Positions 11,608 through 25,000 of a DNA stretch of 63,929 bases are shown here, in pieces (the stretch's first letter is position 1; the number at the start of each line of letters is the position of its first letter). Made by a program: the position numbers and the translations under genes. The stretch is taken from assembly GCA_002633005.1 (NCBI GenBank), contig NMRA01000121.1, positions 40,106-104,034 of the forward strand. Direction: 5' to 3'. Source of the DNA: Phoronis australis (taxonomy: Eukaryota; Animalia; Phoronida). The notes beneath the pieces were generated by a model. That model made no database searches, was not told the DNA's origin, and saw only the letters and a program-made list of their open reading frames with translations.

Positions 11608-14370
11608 GAATGAATGGCGAGCTCAGGCGCGGAAACGGCAAAAATGGGACAAAAACTGTGGCAACACGATTTTGCCATATTAGTTATGATTCACAATGTA
11701 TATGTTTATGCTTATTTTTTTTGCGCATTGTTGTTGTAAAATCAACGCTGAGGTATTACTTTCCTTTCAATGATCGATGGTTAAAGTAGCTTCAAAACGC
11801 GCCACCTTAAAAACCAAGGGGCGGGTCCAATCTTTGTACTACAAATCGAACTCGAATTTGTTTTTCATTTATTTTCAGTTCTACTTTTGTGCGAACTCAA
11901 GACTTGAGGCTATTTGTCTGTGCTCGAGTACATTGTGGTCTGTGCATTTGTGTTTCCTAGTCCAAATTTCATATTGATGACCCTTCTATTCATATTCCAG
12001 TAAAGACTGTTGTGGTGGCTGCATAGCATTAAAGTATGTTTCCATTTACTACAATAATTTAAGTCCCATTTTAAATCACGTGTTTGACAATGCAGTGTAT
12101 TAAATAAAAAATAAGTGCACGTTGATACTTGCTGGGTTTGCATACCTTTCAGCAGAATATTTCTTTTCAAAGCAACCGTCCAGTGCTGAACTTCTGCTAG
12201 AATTAGCGATAGGTGGCGATACGTTGCGGTGGAAATCCTTTGCAAGCGTTGTACAGTAACAGAGTCTCCTTGTTTTGTTTTCATCAAGCTTGTTTCAGTG
12301 AAACTGTTACTCTGCAGAGTAGCATTGTCAAAACGGGGCTTGGAGAGGCAAACCACCGTTGCACGCAGCGGGATGTACGTGATACCAAACTTTGAGCCCA
12401 TAAGCCTATTACACATCAAGTTTCATTCAAGACATGCTCTTGTCGCTTCATGCATTCGCGGTCACAGTAGGTGAGGTAGTCAATCTTTTCAGTTGCACTC
12501 TTCTGTTCGGCGACAAAATTATGCGCTCCGATAAGCTTTGCAAAGCACATAATATTGTGTGAGAAACGAATTTCTTGTGTGCAATGGTGTGGTCGAGTGC
12601 CAAGGATCTTGTATTATTGATGAAGTCACGTTTTTCACAGGTCACGCTGTCATCCACGAGAAACTCAAAAGAAACCAACAAACTACTCTAGGGTTCATAT
12701 ACTGGATTCAGCTCCGAACATGTGATAATGGTGTGGCTCTGATACAAAAGTCACAAATTTTGCACTCGTATTAATTTTACATATAGGCCTCCAATCAAAG
12801 GTTTATGAGAAAGTGGCATGGCGTTTTTGTACATACCGAAAACATCACAAACCGGTAGATCGCATGCATTGAGAGAAAACACAATATTATTAGGAACTCG
12901 TACACAAAGACTCCCAAATAAAATTTAATATTTATAATTTCACTGCATCCATCACATAACCGGGGTGTTTCGCTAGAAAACAAGACCTCGCAAGACTCCG
13001 CGAGATATCGCTGTGCTTTTTCGACTATGAGAGCATGCGACTACTAGATATTTTTCGCCGCGAGACAGTTATTGAACTAGATCCTAGGGGAGCTTTTTGT
13101 AGTGTTGAAAATGGATGTCACTCAAGGGCTTCGAGTACAAGTCAGTTTGTGGTGATGTGGACATTGAAATGTATGTTTTGGGTAGATTTGTTAGTGTGAA
13201 CAAATTTAAGAAATCTTTGGAATCGGCTTTTTCACGTTTTCTTTACAGTGTTCCAATATTGCGTATTCTACACTTATTAAACGAATGTTTTTGTACACGT
13301 ACCTTCATTATATTTAAAATGATTTGAAGCAAAAATGATTAATGAGGATCAACATTTAGAGGCCCGTAATGTTCGTCTGGCAATTTCATGCACTATTTCA
13401 CCCATTGACTTTTCACAGCGGATCGTGACCCAGAGACTATCACCAGGAAAGGGGGCCTCGGCTTCCATGGTACTGTTGGGGCACTGATATTTAGCATACT
13501 AAGGTTGTATTATCACCTGACAAATAACAAGCTTATCTAAGCATAGGAGCTAGAATCTTTTGGTCGAATGGGGTTTGAGTATTTGCTTTGTTTGTTTGCA
13601 GCTGAAAATAACTTGAGCAACTACTGTCTCAGGCTTGCTTTGTGAGGGAAGCTAGAATAGTCTCAAATTTTGGCTAAGCCAAATCTGATAAGATTCTAGG
13701 CTTAGAATGAATCGATAATTGTGTGGGTTTTTGGGTGTTTTTTCTTTGACAACAGACTTCACAGGGAAGCTTTCACGGCTTGTCATTTTACACGTCTAGC
13801 ACTGTCTCAAGCAATAGCAAACTGTCATTTTCCCTAGCAGAGAAAGCGGCTCTCATCGGGGTAAGGAAAAGTTGAGATCAGTTTTATAATGGTCAATTGT
13901 CTTAATTACAGGGGATTATAACTTCTTTAATTACTTTGTAATTGTCGCTTTTGCCTATTTAAAGGAGTTAAGGTTTAATTTGTAAACGATGTCCTTGCCG
14001 CGCGACAAATTTTCGCCCAACCTGTGAGTGATGAAAATGAGGCCAATATCCCCACATACAGCCGGCACTGACATTTCAGCCGCGCACGTCAAACTGTGAG
14101 TTTCACTCCAAATCTTAGCATCATCCGCCGTCTTCGAGCATGATCTAATGACTTCTTAGTCTCAAGGATTCCGTGTCCATCGGCAAAATATTTAAGCAAA
14201 TGAAATTGGACGTCGTACAGGTTCAGGTCACCACTTGGCATGTACCACAAGGACATCTTTTAAGTTGTAATGAATTTGAGAAAAATCGTATTTCGTTCAT
14301 ATCATTTTGATTTTAAAAGTGTCCATCTTTGAGGCAACATGTCCATATCATTCTAAATCGATGTTCGTTT

Positions 14371-15813
14371 TCTCTCTCTCAGGTGTCATCTTCTTAGAGG
14401 TCGACTTGAAATGACCCGCCATTCTGGTCTGCTCTTTGCCTTTCTGTTACATTCTTGCAGTCATAGATTCGTCCAGTCCTTGATGTCATCCAGCCACATT
14501 CTGCGTTGTATTCCTCTTGCTCTCATCCCTTCTGTTTTACCTTCCAGTATATTCTTGTAGATGGTGTCATGCCTTTCAATGTGACCAAAATATTTCAGTT
14601 TCCTTGTTTGGATTGTATTGATTGATGGTTTAATTTTGAGCAAGTTACAAATATCTTTGTTGGTCTTTCTTTCTGGCCAGCTGATTCTTGCCATCCGTCT
14701 AAATGTCCACATTTCAAAGGCCTCTATGTTTTTCTCCAGGTTTTTATTCATTGTCCGTGTCTCAGATCCTTAAAGAAGTACAGAATGAATGTAGCATCTC
14801 ACAAGTCTTATTCTAAGAGTGAAGGAGATGTTCTTTGATGTTAGCACTCCTGCCGTAGAGATGAACCTTGATTTTGCCATCCCGATGCGTATCTCTATTT
14901 CTTCGTCACTTCTGCCATCCTGTGTGACATGTTGACCTAGTTATTTAAAAAGCTCCGTTTGCTCCGGTCTCTTTTCATTGATCTCTACGTTTGCCTTGAA
15001 ACCATCCTGTTTTATATTACCATCACTTTTGTTTTCTTAATGTTCATGTCCAGTCCATTTTTGCTGCTGCTTTTGTTGACGATGTCGACAAGTTGTTGTA
15101 GGTCCTGTTCATTATTGGCCATGAGGACAGTGTCATCTGCATATCTCAAATTATTTATATTTCTGCCGCAAACAATGACACCTTTCAGATCGCTGCTCTC
15201 TCGAAATATGAATTCAGTGTAGATGTTAGAAAGATATGGTGACAAAAGACAACCTTGTCTGACTCCTCTTTTGATATTGACGTGTATAGAGAGAGCTCGT
15301 TCTGAATTCTGATAGCTGGTTTTTTGGTGCCAGTACATGTTTGTTATAATTCGTATATCTCTGCCGTCAATACCGATCTTTTCTAGGCATTCTATCATCT
15401 GCACATGGTGGACCCTGTCAAATGCCTTGGCATAGTCGATAAAACATGCATACAAATCCATCTGATTTCCTATACTTTTAGTGCTATGGTGATGAAGCAA
15501 AATATTCCTTCCCTCGTGCCATTCTCTGCTCTGAATCCAAATTGTTCTTCTCCAACTTCGTTGTTGATCGTACGTTTAATGCGTTCTAAGAGGACCCTCA
15601 ACAACAGTTTGGTGATATGTGGCATGAGGCTTATTGTTCGAAAGTCTGCGTATTCGTTCGCCTTGGCTTTCTTTGGTTGTGTGATGTAAACGGATCTTGT
15701 TATAGTTCTTCTGGTATATGTCCTGAGTCATATATCTCATTGAATAAATCAGTTAGTGCTGTGGTGCTGAAATCGCCTAAAACCTTTAACATTTCGACTG
15801 TTATTCCGTCCTC
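14371..15813 (-). mobile_element. 5'-truncated, decayed RTE-clade LINE (reverse transcriptase)
   Basis: Minus-strand peptides FIDYAKAFDRV, KRGVRQGCLLSPYL, INNLRYADDTVLMA, IEAFEMWTFRRMARISW and KLKYFGHI. Several frameshifts and stops; (GA)n tail at 14371-14380. Confidence 0.9.
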
Positions 15814-17366
15814 CCGTTATGTTAAAAGTTAATTCAAAGGTAAATATGTTTGAATCTTTTAATCAATTGACAAAGTTTACACTAGTTAGCATCTTTGACG
15901 TAAATTATGAAAAAGTGGATCTAAGTTAAGAATTTACTACGATTTTCTGTTGGCATTTACTTTGCACTTGCAATAGTTTGGCAATAGTTTGGGGTTTTAT
16001 TTTAACAAAGCGACTATTTTGGTAGAATTTTGAAGAATCGCTTAAACGCTCTCGAATTCCGGAGTTTGTTCAGGGTTTTTTTCTACAAACATTTTACTCG
16101 CATGAACAGGATTTAAATGTTATAAGAATCGTAGACACAGTCATTTTGCAACAGCGGTGATTTGGTATTTTAGCAACGTCTGCAACAACATGGGGAAAAG
16201 GCGGCTATTGCGAGTGTGAACAGGGCTTTAAAAAAGATAGCAGGCGGTGTGATGCCTGAATTGCAACGGGTTTGCGCAGGCCACATACAGCTGTAGGTCG
16301 GGTACACCGTACATTGGGCGAAAGACCTGTTTTGTAACTCATTATAATCCTATAATGCATATTTAAACATTTCAACAAAAGTTTGGAAATTTGTGTTCAC
16401 TCGTTCGCATGTTCATTACTTTTGGTTTTATTTTTAAATCATGTGGCAGTGATTCTCCTTTCCCACAATGCCACATTTTGTCAATGAATTTCCAATATGC
16501 TCAGTAGCTTTGCTGCCAAAGAGGGCTTGGTCTCAAAGTGGATATTATAAATTTCCCTGTTTCTGCCAAGCACTGTCACCACCTGTGACGTGCTGGTGAT
16601 TAATTGGGGGGAGTAAACACCAAATTTGTGAGACATTGAATAATAGCATGGAACTCTTGCTGCTAGCAGGCTCAGTATGAATCGCAATTATGCAAATCGT
16701 GTTTGGAGTGCCTAGTTTGGAGTTTTCTTCAAACGTGGAAACCTGGTGTTGTGGATCCAAGTATTGCCACGTTTGCAGAGAAGGACGGAGCTCTTGGACA
16801 TATTGATGCTGGTGTTTCTTAGAATATGGCAGCAGCACCATCCAGTCCCAGTGCCATGTCCAAACTGAAGCGCAAATTCCAACAAACAGTTGCGAAGAAG
16901 GTGTGTCGCTGTAAGACTGCGAATGGTCCGTCAACCGGATATTGAGAAGACGAACACTGTTGGTTATCAGCCATTTGTTCAATAAATAAAGTGTTTAAGG
17001 GTTACCAAACTGTCGTAAGTTGTTACAACTACGGAACCAGCACAGTAATTGGTATTGCAAAAGCTGAATGCTCAAACTCGAATACACAGTTAGCTCCAAC
17101 TGAATTTGCAACCTTCCCTTTGAGACCAAGCCGTCTTTGGCAGTAAAGTTACTAAACACAATGAACATTTATTGGGAACAAATAAAACAACACAAGAGTA
17201 ATATTAATTTTAGGTTGTATTGGGAATTTCAGGATCACAGCTCTACAAATAATTATTTCACAGGAGGCACCAGATGGGTACCTTATTTATAAGAGCTAGA
17301 AAACACACACATTTGCGATACCCAATCTGTAATTGAGTATCAGATACTAAGTGGTACAGGTTAGTA

Positions 17367-17679
17367 AGGGCGGATCCAGGATTGCTAGTTAGGGAGGTGG
17401 GCCAGGGCACAGGAGTAATCAGAATTTCGCCACATGCGCGCGCCCAGCCTAAAATGGAGGGATACAGGGGTCTCGATTTTTTGGGTTTATGGACCTTTTT
17501 ACTAAAAAAACGGCAAACGGGGTTTGTTCAAGGCCTATGCATTTTGCGTTGCCCCCCGATGCCCCCTGCGTGCGCGTATATGCTAGTCAGCAAGATTTGC
17601 ACCCCGAACTGACAAATGGAATCTGGGAGAATTTGAGGGGGCCCATGGTCTCCCCCCCCTCACCCTAAATGCGCCACTG
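17367..17679. mobile_element. hAT-like non-autonomous TIR element
   Basis: Ends agggcggatccagg and ctaaatgcgccactg, flanked by gttagta (17360-17366) and gttagtac (17680-17687). Related to 3833-3962. Confidence 0.65.
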
Positions 17680-20630
17680 GTTAGTACAATACCAATTGGG
17701 TATTGGCCGATTGCCTACTAAGTGGGTCAAAACGGCCAATTCAAAAACAAGTATCAAATGGGTACAAACTGCCAAATAGGCAAATATCGTATAAAGTACC
17801 AAGAGGGTACACCAAACAGCCAACTGGGTTATAACAACCTGCCAAAGCAGGTTCCGGACAAGCTGAGTGAGCAGACCAGCCGGAGTGATAAAAAGAGATA
17901 TTGTAAGGAACGTGGTGTTGTGGCTCAATTTGTGCCACATGGGCAGGGTTATTCAAGGATGAACAATCCTGTCCATATTGACGGAACGTGGTATCGTTCA
18001 ACGGTTGGAAAGGGGAATGACTGGACTTTTCATTGGTATGCAACGTGATTTGATTAAACCAAAACTAATAAAACAGGTAATTGAACACACATTTCCGAAC
18101 TTCTGTTGAGGTGTTCAGTTACTGGGGTCATCTTGAGAGAGGTTGAAGATGTGCGTAGCCATTGGGCCACGTTCATCTGCTACAGGGATGCTTGCTATTC
18201 GGACCATGTCACTGTCCACAGATGGCATTCACAGACTCCATTGCTTCCGCTTGTCTGGTCATCTCACTGATTTGCATTTTGAATAACGGCAATGCTTTCA
18301 GGTTAAAAATTTTGAAGGCCGCTGCAAAGTTTCGTTCTAGTACTAAAAACATCAAGTCTTTCATTACAAGGGTACTTGCTCCTTCAAATCATCTTCCTGA
18401 TTTTTTCATAGTGGATAAATACATTTGAATGGTGACTCATGAACATAACGTGACGTGCGGTTTAAAGGAACATGTCGGGTTTACAGCTAAAAAACACATT
18501 TTTCGGGAATGTTTAAAGAAGGGATGAACTTCTTGCTGGTATTAGGTTTGACAGGAGCAAAATCCGTGAATTCATTATATAAATCGCCAATTCTCGCTGT
18601 TGTTGACATTTACTTTAATCAAGGCCAGTGTCGTTACCCCACTTAAATACACTTCTAAGCATAAAAATACTTTACCATGACCGAATGAGATTCAACTCCG
18701 CCAGCATCTGCGTTAGGTTGCGACGTCGGGACCTCGAGGCTCGAAACAAATTTTATCCCTTTAACGGGCATAGTATCAAACATTAACGACCGTTCAGTTG
18801 GGATTCTCGATCCCGAAATCTTTTCTAATCTGGGAAAGGAACAAATGGTGACCGATATTATAACTGCAAGTAGTTTAGAAGTTGATTTTTGACAGACGGC
18901 GTAGGTTTATTGCTGCATAACTGATTGCCTCGGTACTCTGTATCAAGTTTCTGATGAGAACATGGGCTGGTGTTCCACATGTGCTAGTCACCACGGAGTC
19001 CTTAGAATATAATAATAGCAACACTCTAGATAATTAATGACCTCAACATTGGGTAGGTGACCAATTGATAAATTTCATTCATCGGCTTACCCAAGTGGCG
19101 ACTTCGGGAATTTTGGTTTCACGGATGTACTGAGAATTTTTAGTATGTTCACAGCATTCATAACTAATTTCAAACTCACCGCAAGACCAGATTTTGTCAG
19201 AGCTTGACCTTCTACAATTTCTGTGAAGACATTTTTGAATGGTTTAAAGCTGTGATTCTAGCTTGTTGTCACATGATATGACTTTCGTATAGTATGGTTC
19301 AGCTCATGCTCAACTTAACGAGCATTCCAAAGACTCTTAAAGAGTTCCCACCATGACCCTATGTCTCAAAAAGAATTTTTTAATACATATTTAAGAGGTT
19401 TAATAGCCTTTAGGATACCTGTTGCTAAGAAACAAGCCAAGAACTTAAAAAACATTTTTATGTTATCGGGGTTGTATGTAATGGGTGGAAGACCGTCTCC
19501 ACCGTTGAATTGTTTTTACCAGGGCGATACTGCGGACTTGTGAGGAAAATGGCCGCCTTTTTCAGACATGAAAAGGTGCGTTTGTGGAGTCTGTAGTGAC
19601 GTAACTCGACTGAGAACGTCTCTGTGAAAGTTGCACTGAAATGGCGTCAGTTTGTGCTCCGCACGAGAATGTGGAATGTCAGTGTGGAACATGCGATTAA
19701 GTCGGAGCCACACGTTGTTCGGCACATTTCAAAGAATCATGTTTCGACCAAACACAAAAACTGCGTTACGATTACAGACTCGCTATCTTGTAAGTGTATT
19801 TGTGAATTTTTAAATAACTAACAAACTGCTTCCATTCTAGGGAGAGTGATGTCAGGCCCCAGCCCAGATTTAGTGCTACGAAAGGTACTGGGCTTAGTGC
19901 TTATACCGTGGACTCATTCCATCATGGCAATAGTTAACATAAGCGGATTTAGGGGGGCAGGGTCCCGCCCACTCCCCCTTGGCTGCCGGAAGCAAACATA
20001 AAACAACAGCAACGTGGAGGGTGAGGAAATATTGAGTTCAGTAGCCTGAACCTGTAGCGGACGGAATCTTGTTCCCGTTTTTTTTTTAGTCCACCGAGAG
20101 TTTTCCTGAACAAAAGGTCCACATCCTCGGTCCCGACCTCCACAACTTTCGGGCAGCATGGACACATGCAACCGAGCTTTGCCCAATTCCCCGAGACAAC
20201 ATTTTGCCCCTCCCCCCCTTTATGGTATCCTAGGTGCGCTACTGGTGAATACGAGTGACCCGGGTTTACTGTTGCATTTGTCAGTCTCTGTTTTGTGAAA
20301 ATTGACCACCCCTTGGTTTAGTCGGTTGTGGCTTTCATATGCCTTCGGCATTTCTCGTGCAAGTGGGTCGAATTCATATGGCCTCAAAGTCGAGGAAAGT
20401 TCGCTAAGTGGAAACTCTCATTCATTGTTTGATTCTTCAAGTACTTGAATGTTGTCTGCTCTCTCGTTTCTGTCTCTATAATAATTGCCCAGTTCCCGCT
20501 CAAAATCGTCCTCATCTTCTGATCTGCGGTATTCCGCCACTGCAACTGATTTTCAAACGTTTTCCACTCTTGACATCATTTGGCGGGAAAATTGAAAATA
20601 ACTAATTTGTCTTCAAAATTAAAAAATAGC

Positions 20631-20795
20631 CTCTCTCTCTCTCCCNNNNNNNNNNNNNNNNNNNNNNNNNNNNNNNNNNNNNNNNNNNNNNNNNNNNNNN
20701 NNNNNNNNNNNNNNNNNNNNNNNNNNNNNNNNNNNNNNNNNNNNNNNNNNNNNNNNNNNNNNNNNNNNNNNNNNNNNCTCCCTCGCTCCCTCTCT
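20631..20795. other. Assembly gap (132 N, 20646-20777) inside a CT microsatellite
   Basis: N run flanked on both sides by ctctctc tracts. Confidence 0.95.
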
Positions 20796-21682
20796 CTTGA
20801 ATCACAGTCGACAAAGCCAACAACCGTGTATTCAAAGAGAGAGCAACTGAAACAATAATGGATGCATTAGCGAATAAGGTATCGCTTTTAAAACCACCAG
20901 AATTACGCAAAGAAATTTTTGCCATTTGCTGATTTCATATTTATCAATGAGGTCAGTTAATAACTTACATACGTGTTAAGAATTAAGGTTCTTGTAGCTA
21001 ATTTGTGTCACATAAACGGTTGTACTCGTCGCAGTTTTTTATTAAATTACACACTCAGTTTTCTTGTATGCGAATTCATAAATTATCGCAGATTTGTTTA
21101 GCCTCTCTTGTGCGTCGTAGCTGATAGCATGCTCTTCTACAGTGTTTTCCTACAATAGAGACTGTTACATTCCTATTGGCTTTAACCACGCCAAACATGA
21201 TGAGTTTCATTGCTGGGAGTTGTGTGATTTTTCGCTTGTATTAGGAAATATTTTTAAACGGCTCGACCTCTCCAAAATTTCGAAGGGCATTTTTAATAAA
21301 CTTTTAAAACTGCTTTGGTGCATATAAGTCGGTCTTTAGCGGTTCTATCGTATTTCCCTGAATTTTAGCCCGTTCTGAGTCAATTTTCACGTATGTAGCG
21401 AAATGCTCTTCTGTGAACAACTCCTCCTGCACTGCCGCGCAACTCCCTACAAAACCTTGGGCCGCGACATTGCTATCTCTGACTGCCTTTTTATCGTTGA
21501 TATGAATGTGATAATGTATCAACATAATTGCTCGTTTTCCATTAATTTTATACTTTCCGCCCAGGGATTCTTTGAAATTCAAAAAGTACAATTAATTCAA
21601 ACAGTAATAGATATGACATTCGTAAGAAAGATAAGTACCCTGTCTAGTTAGACTTATTAGTCACTTTATCCATGCAATGTAT

Positions 21683-21758
21683 TATGTATGTATGTATGTA
21701 TGTATATGTGTGTGTATGTATGTACGTATGCATGAATGGGTGTATGTGTATGTATATA
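21683..21758. repeat. (TATG)n/(TG)n microsatellite
   Basis: tatgtatgtatgtatg... directly visible about 180 bp upstream of the carboxypeptidase ATG. Confidence 0.9.
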
Positions 21759-21932
21759 TCATTTATGACTACACATGACATTTACGACCCCGCCTCATAG
21801 CAACCCAGGAAGCCACTTGAACAGCTGCTGTGTCATACATCCGTTATCTGTGAACGTGTACCTTAAATACCAAATGATTACGTACTTCATAATCACTTAG
21901 AAGGTCGGTGTGCCTCGGAGATCTGTGCCAGA

Positions 21933-22015
21933 ATGGTGTTGAAGTGTTTGCTTGTGTTATTCGCCGCAGCTACGCTCAGTCTTGGACACCCGCAACCTAA
22001 GCGGAGCTACAAGGG
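21933..22015 (+). CDS. Carboxypeptidase exon 1 (signal peptide)
   Basis: [28 protein letters not shown]; donor GG|gtaaat. Confidence 0.85.
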
Positions 22016-25000
22016 GTAAATATTCGTAGTGAACCACCAAATTCTACAAGTTTTTGCTCAAAGTTAGGATTGACGCACAGCCGCGCTCAAAATTGCGTTG
22101 TTCACGCCTGCTTCTTTCGGGAATGGGGCATCGGGGTCAACAGAATGACGCCAAATCATTGAGCAGCATAAGTAACCACGTCAAACATGAGTGATTGTAT
22201 ATTCTGGTAAACGTCACGTGGAAGCTAATAGTTATTCAAGCACAATTAGTTCCTTAAAGTGATATTTCCTTGTTTACTACCTAGAACGTAAGTTACAAAC
22301 GTCAAACTGCTGCCTATCTATTCAATGTTTAGGTCGTTTCTTGTTTATTGCAAGGGATATTTCAAAGTGAAGGAACGTTATCAGTTTTAATGCCCTAAAA
22401 TGCATTCTGAGATTGTGTAGGATAACACTCGTGGTTGAGTAAATATGATTAAACACGAGACTTGTCGTGGTTGGCTCTGATGTCTTCTGAAGACTAGGTG
22501 GGACCATTGGTATGCATATAGTTGAATCGGAACATAGTCTCAGGTCTTGCACCCCCAAACATCATTTTTCGTCAATGAGATTATGTGATAATTGGTATTA
22601 TCAAACCGAAAAGTGTGATTTTGATATACATCGAGTTATTGTAGTCTATTGCTTTTTTCAGACACTCTGTTTTGAGAGTTACGCCCAAAGACGTACGAGA
22701 AGTCAATGCAGTCAAACAGTTGCTGCACAACGAAAACGTAAGGCATGCTCAAGTCAGAGCAGGTGTGTCCATGTTGAAAGACATTTTCTGGAATAAAAAT
22801 TCGATTGTGTCATTTTTGGAGCTTTACAGTTAATGTCTTTGCGGTTAGCGGGATTTCTAGAAGTGAACAGTGTCAGTGAGAGACAAAAAGAAAAAATGTG
22901 AGAATCAGATCAGAGAATAGTTTATTTCAGTACGTTAAAACGGCTAACCTCCAAAATAAACTTAACGTAACTGCGAAACTCAAAACAAAAAATATATTAA
23001 AAATGATAAATGCCTGCATTAATCACAAACATTTTAAGTTTAGTCTGCACCCCACCTATTGGCCACCTCAAGTGACCTAATGAACATAAGTCCCCCGACT
23101 GGACTCGAAACCATTATCTTCTGCTATACGTTCTAATACTAGTACTCTAGCCACTAAGCCATCGGAAACACAAGTAAACCACAGAAGTCCAATCAAGTTT
23201 AGCAGTGGGCATCGTGCCCATAAAATTGCGAGTGTAAGTATATATGTAAATAAATCTTAAACTTATGTTCTTTAAGTCACGTGAGGTGGTCAATAAATGA
23301 CGTGCAGACCAGACTTAAGATTACCTCAAACCTTATTTAGTGGCCTCTATTCTAACTCGTATATCAAAAACTAGACTTTGTCAGCTAGTAAAAGTATATT
23401 TTTTCTGAAAGAAAAAAAATCAGGAAATATAAAAATATGCTTTGTATTATATACCATTGTTTCTATCATGTGAAAACCTTTTTCAGTCAAAATTTCATTT
23501 TTAAGAAAGGTAAATTTATAGCAAAATAACCCCTGGGTCGATTTTAATGAAACGCTTTTTAAATGAAAACTTCGCCATCGAAAACGCTGTTAGGAATTTT
23601 CGATTAGTTTTAATTTTCCTTTGGTTTTTATGACAAATCATCTCGAAAAACGTTAGGTATTTTTTGCAAAAAATATATAAGTCGTATTCGACTCTGTTAC
23701 ATTACGAAAGAACTAGGCTTTATATTAAAAATCTTAACAGCTTTTTTAAGTTTGATGAGTAAATATTAAGTTTAGAAGTTTCAGCGAAATCCACCAAGCC
23801 GTTTACGAGAACTCGTGTTTCTAAATTCAAATAAAGTCGATTTGCCTAAGCCGAGAAAAAGCCGATTAAACAGGGACGAGGGAAAACCTCAAAGACTTCG
23901 GTTAATTATTCAGTGAAAACTTGTTTTTGTTAAATAAAACCTATACATGCCTAAACAATGTTAACTAATTCAACATTCACTTGCAATGTCAACTGAATTG
24001 CGTAATCACCTTAATTATCATTAAAACGTACCGTCCCCAGCCACGAGGTGGGACCAACTGTTGTGTTTTGACCTACATAAAAGTAGGTCACAGTTCATTG
24101 TTATAGACATTGTCTGTACACGTCACGTGCCGGAAGACTGATAAGAAACCAAGTAAGAAATGGATAACAAAAATCGAGTCGGTGATTAAGACAGCGAAGA
24201 TCGAGACAGCGAAATGTCAATTTACTTTTTGAATTAAAGAATTTGGGTGAGGATTTATCTCTTTTCACAAATTGCTGTTTATTTCGCTACGTATATCTTC
24301 ATTCCACTTATTGTCTGATGATAAGACATGCAGTCTCGAAATATAGCTAGTGTTTTAGTTTCTTTGAGATGTCTCTCGGTGTTTTGCTATATAGCTGCAC
24401 ACCTGAAGAAAGGAGATTGTTTCGACACTTCGAGCGACTCAGTACCAAGCTTTCAACCAAAAACTTAAGTCATGTTTCCAACGAAGTTTGTGTTAACAAG
24501 GGCTGCTACCGAAAACACATTCAGAAAACACTTTGCAGGGGTTACAGCTAACAGAATTTAAAATATTTACACATAACTTGGTAAACAATGTTCATAGCCA
24601 CCTTAAAGCGTTCCCACATTGGACTTTTGCACTTTTTGAGGGTTTAGACCCTGTGTAATGGTGTTATAGCACAAAATCTAAATAATTAAGCTCTGATTTT
24701 GGGAAATAATGGACGAATTTTTCTTAAAAATTTCGATGATTTTTCGGTTCTCGTCACGTGATGTCGTCAGTAGAAGACATTGATCAGTTGAAAGTATAAA
24801 TTTAATTGCGAACAGTGGTGGTTTTGTAAGTTACGAAGACATAGAGAGCGAATTTGACGAGTATTTTGAAGACAGGCATGGAGATGGGGGTGAACTCGAC
24901 CCTACCGCGTATTGGCGTATTCGGCGAGTGAAACAGAGTCGGAGCCTACCCAATCTGTGGACAGTCTTCATTTCAGAATGGGAATATAACCATTATATTG

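Noticed and set aside
11910-12774. Several 60-170 aa ORFs downstream of the GST gene
   Set aside because: No recognisable domain or consistent splice structure.
17722-18048. 108-aa ORF containing IDGT (Harbinger-like word)
   Set aside because: A single short motif without the remaining DDE context is insufficient.
23090-23169. Functional tRNA gene
   Set aside because: The anticodon and T arms pair poorly and the sequence is embedded in TIRs, so it is reported only as tRNA-like.
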